A stretch of DNA of 45,158 nucleotides. It comes from Octopus bimaculoides (lineage: Eukaryota). Under the pieces are notes generated by a model, which was given only the letters and a program-made list of their open reading frames with translations, was not told the origin of the DNA and did not search any database. A program made the translations under genes and the position numbers. The DNA lies in the NCBI RefSeq assembly GCF_001194135.2, contig NC_069007.1, forward strand, positions 21,782,914 to 21,828,071, read 5' to 3'. Of the stretch, positions 35,338 through 45,158 are shown one piece after another; position 1 is the stretch's first letter, and each line of letters begins with the position of its first letter.

Positions 35338-35824
35338 TTAACCTGTTAGCATTTAAACCATCATTTTTTAACATCCGCCTTCCATGCTGGCATGGGTTGG
35401 ATGGTTTGACTGAGGACTGGCAAGCCAGGAGGCTGTGCCAGGCTCCAATCTGTTCTGAAAGGTTTCTATCACTGGATGCCTTTCCCAACGCCAACCAATC
35501 TAAAAGTGTTGTGGCTAATTTTTACGTGCCACTGGCATAGGGGCCAGTCAAGCAGCACTGGCAATAACCATGCTCAAATGGTACTTTTTACATGCCACCA
35601 GCATGGGAAACCAGTCAGGCGGCACTGGCACAACCGTATCTGGCCTAAATATTCTACTTCATGCTCAAACTGATTCGATCTCTCATACCTATGCTACAAT
35701 ATTATTCTAAAAATAAACACATCATTGAAATCTCAAAGCTATAAGATAATGCATGATCAATTGAAAACAATGTGAATAAATAAGCTTTACATTTGACAGA
35801 GGAATCTGAATGTTAAAGGCTTAA
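35338..35824. mobile_element. TTAA-flanked piggyBac-like MITE (family D), interrupted by a family C SINE
   Basis: TTAA at 35338-35341 and 35821-35824; imperfect TIRs cctgttagcatt / aatgttaaaggc; body matches 20560-20746 and 41210-41430. Confidence 0.75.
35360..35632 (-). mobile_element. Family C copy nested inside a TTAA MITE
   Basis: ccatgctggcatgggttggatggtttgactgaggactggcaa...ctggatgcctttcc...ttacgtgccactggca matches 2690-2900. Confidence 0.8.
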
Positions 35825-36799
35825 GGGATTAACAGAATCAGCTGAACAAAGTATAAGAACCGAAGGATTAGGAAATTGCTATCTGCCACTGTCACAAGTG
35901 AAAATAGAATTTACTTCTTAAAAAAAGGTAAGGATCTGACTTCTTTTTCTTTTCTTTTACTTTGTACTCACCCCAATACATAACGATACATAACGCCACA
36001 AAACCCTGCCTGCCAAAATAGACATGATGTTATAGAAAATGGGGATTGTATTATGTCAGCAGTTTCATAGATATGAAAAAAAAAAAAAAAAAAAAAATCA
36101 CCCCAAAAAATGTGATCTAGATAGTTATTAAAACACAAGAAAATTGTTTGTGATCAATACCCCAGCCTTGCCCTGCATCTTTTTATTATTTTCATCATCT
36201 AGAAACATAGGTGAAATAATTCTACAAATTCTGGTATGAATGTGTTACAAATGGTTGGATGTCTGTGCTTGGAATTCAGTGATTCCCTTTATTAACTACT
36301 ACCTTTTATCTGTGTTATGAGAGAGAGAGAGAGAGAGATTCTATAAAGATATAACAGACAGAAGAAACCCTAAAATAGTTAAAAATGAAGACGAAAAATG
36401 TGAAAATACTGCTAACGTGTTTTGATCCCGAAACCTTTGGCTTTGACAATATTCGATCATTCCCATGTTCATTATGACTATACTCACACATCCAATCTCT
36501 CTCTGTATATGTATGTGTGCATCAACAGCTGCATAATTGCAGGTACACACACACATTAGCACAAAACTGACAATTTCATACACTGCTTCTGTGCAAACAA
36601 TTGCACCACAGAGCAGCAACGGAATGACATACATCATCAACTTCATATAAATAAACAAACTATTACAGGCAACACATACCTTTTCTCCCATTTCTAAAGC
36701 TATGTATATATACATATATAAACATACATACATGTACATATATACATACATATATTAACATATATAAATACATATATACACACACATACATACATAAAC

Positions 36800-36801
36800 A
36801 T

Positions 36802-36867
<66 letters not shown>
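36800..36867. repeat. Compound (CA)n(TA)n(GA)n microsatellite
   Basis: direct inspection; other (TA)n tracts at 1046-1076, 29673-29732, 37148-37177. Confidence 0.95.
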
Positions 36868-37143
36868 CTAAGGCCTTCTTTAGACATTGGTGACTAGGAG
36901 TTTCTGTACCACAAAAGTCTCTCTCCAAAGCTGGATTGTGTATGTATATATGTTGAGTGTGTGTGTATATGTTGAGTGTGTGTGTATATGTATGATGTAT
37001 TGCTGAAGGCAATACATCATACATAAACAAGAGAAAAAAAGTTCTTATCTGCTAAATAAACTGATCATCATATCCTACTTCTAAAAGCATAAAAATTATA
37101 AAAAAAAAAAATAAATAAATTGCCAGACATGAATCAAACTCCA

Positions 37144-37215
<72 letters not shown>

Positions 37216-37631
37216 TACACATATGTATACAATTCTATTGTTTTTTAAATAATGTTCCTTGTGTTCCCCAACCTTCTGCTTTTATCACATTCTTGAAGTC
37301 AGTCTTTTTTAGTGTATCACAGAATTTGATATCACATAATAATAATAATAATAATAATGATAATAATAATAATAAATCAACTTTGACAGAAGACTGGTAT
37401 TTTATGAATTTTTTTTTTGTGGGGGAAAAAAAAAATAAAACAAAACAAAACAAAAAACTCCAACCCTNNNNNNNNNNNNNNNNNNNNNNNNNNNNNNNNN
37501 NNNNNNNNNNNNNNNNNNNNNNNNNNNNNNNNNNNNNNNNNNNNNNNNNNNNNNNNNNNNNNNNNNNNNNNNNNNNNNNNNNNNNNNNNNNNNNNNNAGA
37601 ATTTTGTTAAAATTATGATTCAAGTATTTGT

Positions 37632-37666
<35 letters not shown>

Positions 37667-37875
37667 GCTTAAGCAAATATGTGTGTGTGTATGTGTGTTG
37701 TTTATATGATGATGTAATTTTTTTTTTGTTTACATGTCTACCATATTTTAATTGTTACAACTTTTGGCAGTTCTCTCTGAAGTGGATAGAAACATCAGCA
37801 TGAAAAAAAGAGCAAGACAATATCACCCCCCCCCCTCTTATTTGGTAGACACACACACACACACATGTATACATA

Positions 37876-38107
37876 CAGGGTGTTCATAAATTATCTTTAC
37901 AACTTCTGCAATCTATTCTACAACTAAAGCTGAGATCTACCAATCAACTTCTTTGAAACCAATGGAGCCCATGTGGAAGTGTTCTGATGTTTCTAATAAA
38001 ACTTTATTTGTTTGTCAATGTTTTCTAATAAACTCTGCTGAGTTATTTTTATTTTTCATTTTTTCCTGAATTTTTTCAAACTGTAAAGCTAATTTATGGA
38101 CACTTTG
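37876..38107. mobile_element. Tc1/mariner-like MITE, copy 1
   Basis: TA-cagggtgttcataaatta ... taatttatggacactttg-TA; about 18 bp TIRs with TA target duplication. Confidence 0.8.
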
Positions 38108-38185
38108 TATTTCTCTCATTACCTCTAACCTCCACTGTCTCTTCCATTACTCCTAATACTGTCCCCTTTTACCCCATTGTTACTA

Positions 38186-38407
38186 CAGAGTGTTCATAAA
38201 TTATCTTTACCACTTCTGCAACTTGTACTTATTAAAGCTAAGATCTACCAATCAACCTCTTTGCAACCAATGCTGCTGCCCATATGCAACTGTTTCCAAT
38301 AAAACTTTATTTGTTTGTCAATATTTTCCTATAAACTCTGCAGAGTTATTTCTTTATTTTTTTTTTCTGAATTTGTCAAATTGTAAAGGTAATTTATGGA
38401 CACCCTG
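38186..38407. mobile_element. Tc1/mariner-like MITE, copy 2
   Basis: TA-cagagtgttcataaatta ... taatttatggacaccctg; aligns end to end with copy 1. Confidence 0.8.
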
Positions 38408-39464
38408 TTATATTAATCACACTCCAACTGCTTCCACATTTCCAATCCGAAAACACACACACACACAAGGCAAACATTCTTTTACATTAAAAAAAAGAAA
38501 TCTTCAAACAGTTTATACATAAGTTCCTTTTTTTTTCTTTTTTTGATTTCTTTATGAAATTTTTTTATGAAAGACAAAAAAAAAAGTAGGTGGGGAGGGG
38601 CAGTGTTAACATGGATAACCTTAGAGTTTACGGAATATACAAAAATAAGAGAAACAAAGCTAACTGTATGACAGTCAAAACTGAATGAACCAAGAAGCTT
38701 TATCACCATCATCATCATCACCACCACCATCATCATTGACATCATAGCTATCACTGACCAACACCACTACCTTTCCCAGTGCTAATATATGTTAATTTAC
38801 TCCACACATGAGAGAGAAAGAGAGAGAGAGAGGTCTCCTGTCAGTCAAAGAAAAGAGCAAACAATCTTGAAGAAAGTTGTTTCTGAAACCAAAGCGAAAC
38901 AACTTTGTTCCCTGAGTCAATGAGAGACCTGCGAGAAATAGCAGCCAAATCTCAATCAGATCACATCTTACTGTCTCTCTAGAAAAAAAAAAAAAGGAAG
39001 GACATACTGAGATAATGTAGGTCTGAATAACAGATGGGATGGCCACAGACGAAATGCCTTTTATGACAGGTCTGCAAGCTTGGGCTAACTTGGGGAGAAG
39101 CAATAACCATTCCATTCTTTCGCTCTCTCTCCTTGGATATGGTCTCAATTCTACTGTAAGCAGCTTGTTCAGGCCAGGACCATTGCAGTTCCTTGTCAGA
39201 CTAATAAACACAAGAGTGAGAATAGATAAGAGAGGGAAAATTCAATAGGAGAAGTTTAAGATTTCAGAAAAACGGGAGGGGGGGAATTATCCTGATTTCA
39301 TCGAGAGGTAAGTTGAAATAAGTTTAGCTGTTAGTGATGAGAACAAAGGAGGAGGAAGATTAAGGAAGAAAATGGCAAAATTGTTAAAAAGATTAAGGAC
39401 ACCTTGGTTTCTTGCCACACGTCTTTGTCACAATGAATTAATAATTAGCCCAATAGTTTAACAC

Positions 39465-39660
39465 ATGGAAACACATTCACACACACACACGAACATCAAA
39501 ACCATAATCATATACAGAAAACCAGTCACACACACATACACACATAGAAAACCGCACTCACACACACACATAGAAAACCACATTCACACACACACATATA
39601 CATAGAAAACCACATTCACATACACACATAGAAAACGGCACTCACACACACACAAAACAT
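39465..39660. repeat. Minisatellite, ~25-30 bp unit (catagaaaaccacattcacacaca) x6-7
   Basis: gaaaacc/gaaaacg motif recurring between (CA)n runs. Confidence 0.85.
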
Positions 39661-40739
39661 TTTTTCACTCGTTCGAGTAATTAATTAAAATTTCATTCGT
39701 TTCTTTTCTTTCATACTATTCTTTTCCCATTTTTTTTTTATAAGAAAAAAATTAATTAAATGTTTGGTTTGAAATATTTTATCTGATATAAAAAAAAAGA
39801 AAGAGCACGTTATAAGAAAGATGTAAAAAAATTTGGCTTTTCTAACCATGTCGAGCCTTTTTTTTTTTTTGAAATTGAATTATTTTTTGTTTTGTTAAAN
39901 NNNNNNNNNNNNNNNNNNNNNNNNNNNNNNNNNNNNNNNNNNNNNNNNNNNNNNNNNNNNNNNNNNNNNNNNNNNNNNNNNNNNNNNNNNNNNNNNNNNN
40001 NNNNNNNNNNNNNNNNNNCCCTGGAATTATTTACTTATCAAGGTCTTTAAATTCCTCCCATTGCCATCAAGTATTTAAGAAAACCACAATCCCCCCCACC
40101 AGCCCCCCAAAAATATACATGTAAAAATGCCACACCAATGTCCTATCTTAGAATTATTAAGAAAAAAAAGAAGAAAATTCTCAGATAAAATTGTGAAAAG
40201 AAAGAAGGGGGAAAATAAAACAAAACAACAAAACAGAGAAAAGAAATAATATGAAGAAGAATAACAAGAATGATAACAATAATTAGGAAGTCGTTAACGA
40301 CAACTTTGAAGACCAATTGGAGAAATTTGTGAGAAGGTTTCTAGAAAAAAACCTTCAAGAAATTATCAAGATTGGAGATGTGTGTGTTTTTGTTTTTTTT
40401 AACTAGGAAAGAGGCCAAATTTGAAACGGGAAGAAGGGTTGAGCCCAGTTGAATTACTGGTTAATGTTAGTTGATAGCAAACAGTATAGGAGTTGAAAAC
40501 AGTGAGGCACAAAACTAGACACCATAAAGCGCTGTCTTCTCTGCTTTAAGTAAAAAAAAAATAAAATTAAAAAAAAAAATTAGTTTCATCATCACCATCG
40601 TCATCATCATCATCATTGTTGTCATCATCATCACTACCATCTCAATAGAGAAGAGAATCGTTATGTATATTTCATTGCTGATTTTTCTTTAGTTCAGACA
40701 AAACAGGTACGAAAACTCACAAACATATCATCATCATCA

Positions 40740-40772
<33 letters not shown>

Positions 40773-40775
<3 letters not shown>

Positions 40776-40920
40776 TGAGTTCAAATTCTGCCAAGGTCAG
40801 TGGTGATTTTCATCCTTGTGGACCTCAATAAAATAAGTACCAGTTGAGTACTGGGGTTGATGTATTCGACTCATCTCCCTGCCTTGAAATTGCTGGCCTT
40901 GTGCCAAAATTTGAAACCAT
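40773..40920 (+). mobile_element. SINE family B, 5'-truncated, opposite orientation (B2 tail)
   Basis: ttctgagttcaaattctgccaagg...gccttgtgccaaaatttgaaacc, flanked by (ATT)n on both sides. Confidence 0.85.
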
Positions 40921-41209
40921 TATTATTATTATTATCATTATAAGATAAGCTGTTTATTATAATGTGATAAATATCATGAACCCCCCCCCTCCTTCGCCAA
41001 ATATCATATGATTAGCACAAGGCCACAATCAAGCTACATATATCAATAGTACTTACCAACCTCAAGAGGATGACCAGCAAAGTTAACCTCGGAGCGCAAC
41101 AACTTAAGAGCTGCACGTAAGTACTGCAATGAATTTTTATGAAACCAATTCTACTAAACACATTGTCTTTGTTTACTTTCTAATGTTTATACCAACACAG
41201 ATTTTGCTA

Positions 41210-41608
41210 TTAACCTCTTGGCATTTAAACGAGCCACATCTGGCCCAAACATTCTATCTATTCTATTTTCAATCTGGCCTCTCGCACCTACCCTACAATG
41301 TCATTGTAAAAATAAACAATCACATCATTGAAATGTAAAAACTATCAGGTAATCCATGATTAACTCAAGACAATGAGAATAAATACGGATTACATTCGAC
41401 AGAGTAATCTGAAGAAGCCAAAGGGTTGAATCGGCTAAATCCAGCCCAGATATTCTATTTGTTTTATGATCAAATCAGCCAGATCCAGTCTCTTACACCT
41501 ACCCTACAATGTTATCCCCAAAATAAACATCAACATGGAAATTTCAAAGCTATGAGATAATGCATAATTAATTGAAAACAATGGGAATAGTCTGAATGCT
41601 AAAGACTT
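41210..41608. mobile_element. Family D MITE tandem dimer
   Basis: copy 1 41210-41430 (ttaacctcttggcattt...ccaaagggttgaa); copy 2 41431-41608 begins internally and ends ctgaatgctaaagact. Confidence 0.75.
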
Positions 41609-41844
41609 CAGTGATGACAACTGCAAAAACCTTACAAAACTAACCAAACTATTACAGTCGGAAGAGGAAGAGCTATTTATGTAAGGACATCGAATAAAAG
41701 TAGTTTTTTACTGGAAAAATGAATTAAAGAGGGTTAAATGTATAAAGAATTTCATATCAATCCTGCACAAATACTATTATTGGATATTATTACTGATAAA
41801 AAACAAATGTAATAAATGACAAGAAATATATGAAGAAGTAGTAA

Positions 41845-42372
41845 TTTTTTCTGCTATAGGCACAAGGCCTGAAATTTTGNNNNNNNNNNNNNNNNNNNNN
41901 NNNNNNNNNNNNNNNNNNNNNNNNNNNNNNNNNNNNNNNNNNNNNNNNNNNNNNNNNNNNNNNNNNNNNNNNNNNNNNNNNNNNNNNNNNNNNNNNNNNN
42001 NNNNNNNNNNNNNNNNNNNNNNNNNNNNNNNNNNNNNNNNNNNNNNNGTTAGTCGATTACATTGACCCCAGTGTTTCCCTGGTACTTAATTTATCAACCC
42101 CCACCCAAAAGGATGAAAGGCAAAGTTGACCTCGGTGGAATCTGAACTCGGAATGTAGCAATGGGCAAAATACCACTAAGCATCTCATACAGCTTACTAA
42201 CAATTCTACCAACTAGCTGCCTGCAATAATAATAATAATAATCCTTTCTACAAGGTCTGAAATTTTCAGGGAGGGGACGAGTTGATTACATCGATCCCAG
42301 TATTTCACTGGTACTTAATTTATCGATCCCAAATTCGTCCAGTGTGCTAACAATTCTGCCAGCCTGCTGCCT
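41845..42372 (-). mobile_element. Two tandem family B copies (first spans gap 41880-42047)
   Basis: ctgctataggcacaaggcctgaaattttg...ggaatctgaactcgg...; second copy 42243-42372 is internally deleted. Confidence 0.8.
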
Positions 42373-43121
42373 TAATAATAACAACTACAATAATAATAAT
42401 AATGAATTAATGTTAACCACTGTGTGATTAATATTGATTTAAACAAAGGTAGACATAACATCCATAAACACTTTTAAGTGGGTTGAGTCAATAATATGGG
42501 AAAGGTAAGGGACAATATTGACCCCTGGAGGAGGATTGTAATTCAGATAATAAACAAAATATAATGAAACACATTACAAAGGTAGGCATTTTGCGCATCA
42601 TACTACTTCTATAATCTGTCATCCACCACTGTTAATATTAACTGTGATGTTAAAAACAACATTATGATCTGTTAATACATGGGATAGATTATCTCACACC
42701 ATTACAATATATATATATAGTAATGTTTTGCTGATACTTCATTAATTGACCTCTGGTATGGATATCTCATCCCCCAGGTGAGATGTCCATAGCAGAGATA
42801 TAAACCAGCAGAAATGGCAACACTGATTGCCCTCCTCGATGACCGCCTGAAACAAAACACTCCTTGCACTGGCTTATCGCAACACACCTTCAAACCCACA
42901 AACAGATGTTAGAAGAATGTTTATGGATCTTTAATCCTTATGTAATAACTCCTGGCAGTTATCAGTGATTTCTGCTCCCAACGGTGCCAAATGAATGCCC
43001 CTAAACATTTTTGATGTCTTCCTATAACTTCACTTAGAGAGAAAAAGAAAGAAGTAAAAAAGATTAACATCACAACATTGCATTTCCACATAAAAAAACC
43101 CTAGATTCCTGCCTATGTAAG

Positions 43122-43153
<32 letters not shown>

Positions 43154-43181
43154 CATTAAAAATAATATTAATAATGATAGT

Positions 43182-43345
43182 TTCTAATTTAAGCACAAGG
43201 CCAGCAATTTTGAGAGGAAAAGGGTTTAGTTGATTCTACTAACCTCAATATATGACTGGTACTTTATTTTATTGACCCTGGAGGGATGAAAGGCAAAGTG
43301 GGCCCTACTGGGATACCACAAGGTACTAATGATTCTGCTAGGTTG
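43182..43345 (-). mobile_element. Family B copy with internal deletion
   Basis: aagcacaaggccagcaattttgag...gatgaaaggcaaagtg...gattctgctag. Confidence 0.75.
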
Positions 43346-43887
43346 TCGTTATTGTCATTATTATCTTGCACTCTCTTCAGAGCCAAGAGTAGAGATTATC
43401 ACATCGTTGATAATTAGCTGTTAATTAATGGCTTGTCAAGTGAAGTAATAATAACAATAAAAAGGGGACAATAAAATGAGAAATAACAGAGTTTGGAAGA
43501 CACACGCAAATACACACACACAGATACATGTGTGTATATATATATATATATATATGCACATGTTCACGCACACATGTATGTAAATATATGCGTACATACA
43601 ACAACACATATACAAATATTTATATACACAAGTATATACACGAACACACATACACATAAACAAACACATACGCAAGGCTTTTGGTTCAATGTCAGGATAG
43701 GAAGACATCTGAATGTGATAAGAAAAAGGAAAAGAAAAGGGCCAAAGGAAAAGTTGAAGACGTGATTGGTTGTGTACAGATGTCAAACATGAACTTAGGG
43801 AAGGAAAAATATAATACATAAAGGTATGTAGTGGTGGTGGTCATTAGCGATTCAAGGAGCAGTCAGTGATAATAATAATAATAATAA

Positions 43888-44627
43888 TCCTTTCTACTGG
43901 AAGCACAAGGCCTCAAATTTGGGGGAAGGGATTAAGTTGATTACATCAACCCCAATGCGTAACTGGTACTTAATTCATCAACCTCAAAAAGGATGGAAAG
44001 CAAAATCGACCTTGGCAGAATTTGAGCTCACTAAAGACAGATAAAATGTCGCTAATCATTTTGTCCAGGATGCTAATAATGATTCTGCTAGCTCCCAGCT
44101 TTAATAATAATGATAACAATAATAATAGTAATAATGGTTTCAAATTTTGCTACAAGGGCAGCAATTTGGGGTGGGGGGAAAATGGATTGATTACGTTGAC
44201 CCCAGTATTCAATTGGTACTTAATTTATCGACCCCGAAAGGATGAAAGGCAAAGTCAACCTTGGTGGAATTTGAACTCAGAACGTAGGGACGGGCAANNN
44301 NNNNNNNTGGTGGAATTTGAACTCAGAACGTAGGGACGGGCAAAATACCACTAAGCATTTCATCCAGCGTGCTAACGATTCTGCCAGCTCGCCACACCTT
44401 AATAATAATAATAATCCTTTCTAATATAGGCACAAGGCCTGAAATGTTGGAGGAGGAGGAGGAGGCTGGTTGATTACACTGATTCCAGTGCTCATCTGTT
44501 ATTGCCCCATGAGAGGAAGAAAGGTAAAGCTGACCTTGGCAGGATTTGAACTCAGAATGTAAAGAGCTGGATGAAATGCTGCCAAGCATTTAGTCTGATG
44601 TGATAAGGATTCTACCAGCTTGCCACG
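43888..44627 (-). mobile_element. Head-to-tail trimer of full-length family B copies joined by (AAT)n
   Basis: copies 43888-44102 (B1), 44135-44401 (B2, with 10-N gap), 44415-44627 (B1). Confidence 0.9.
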
Positions 44628-45158
44628 TTGGTGGTAATAATAATAATAGAAATAATAATAATAATAATAATATTTTTAATGTTGAAAGAGCAATTAACTG
44701 CCTCTTTCCCCCAATAAAAAAAAAGCAGCCATGCAGAAAAAAAAGGAAAAGAAAAGAAAAGAGAGATGGAAGAGAACATCCATCATTAACGAAGATAAAT
44801 ATGATTAGTTTTTTTAAATAGTTATTATTCAGAAAAAAAGATAAAAAAAAAAAATAAAAAATAAAAATAAACACAGAAAAAAAACAATAAAATACAACAA
44901 AAATGTAACAAAAAATAATGTAAAAAAAATAATTAAAAAGCCAATTTAAAAAAATAAAAGAAAACAAAAATTCATAAACTTCCTGTTTTTTTTTAAGAAA
45001 AAAGAACAAAAATAAAAAAAAATTTTTCCTATTAAAAAAAAAATGTCAGCAAATGTCTCTAAAAGAAAAATATTTTCCTAAAATTTCTTTCCTTGAAACG
45101 TTGTGGTGGTAGGGATAAAATAGCAAGGGATGGGCAAGGATGGAAGGGGGCAGTGTTT

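Noticed and set aside
38792-39248. 139-aa and 69-aa ORFs
   Set aside because: No domain similarity, includes (GA)n and poly-A/T-derived residues, and no convincing splice context.
44262-44343. Exact 36-bp direct duplication on either side of a 10-N gap
   Set aside because: Typical unmerged contig overlap; an assembly artefact rather than a biological duplication.
44340-44401. tRNA-like A/B boxes (also 141-215 and 11765-11872)
   Set aside because: They are SINE heads continuing into SINE body and tail; I could not see a convincing cloverleaf, so I do not call them tRNA genes.
44590-45009. Hydrophobic 139-aa ORF that looks like a membrane protein
   Set aside because: Translation of A-rich low-complexity sequence on the opposite strand.

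Overview
AT-rich, microsatellite- and SINE-dense animal genomic DNA with 11 N-gaps. The repeat families look like those of an octopus (coleoid cephalopod); this assignment is inferred from repeat content. One protein-coding gene is well supported: a + strand CHORDC1 (Morgana/CHP-1, HSP90 co-chaperone) orthologue. Its 8 reconstructed coding exons (5665-10161, 798 nt, 266 codons, all splice phases consistent) encode CHORD-I, CHORD-II and most of the CS domain. The last exon is not visible and probably lies in the gap 10261-10961. A perfect heat-shock element lies about 600 bp upstream of the ATG, and exon 5 can only be spliced through a rare GAG acceptor. From about 11.7 kb to the end there is no identifiable protein. 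This region holds about 30 copies (manual count) of one tRNA-derived SINE, nearly all on the - strand, often embedded in (AAT)n and stacked head-to-tail. It also contains other SINEs, TTAA (piggyBac-like) and TA (Tc1/mariner-like) MITEs, tandem repeats and a few candidate exons of an unidentified - strand gene. Almost all of the supplied ORF track is artefact from N-gaps, microsatellites and SINEs. I found no CRISPR array, rRNA or bona fide tRNA, and I cannot support a wholly new gene system. The most interesting signals are regulatory and repeat-architectural.
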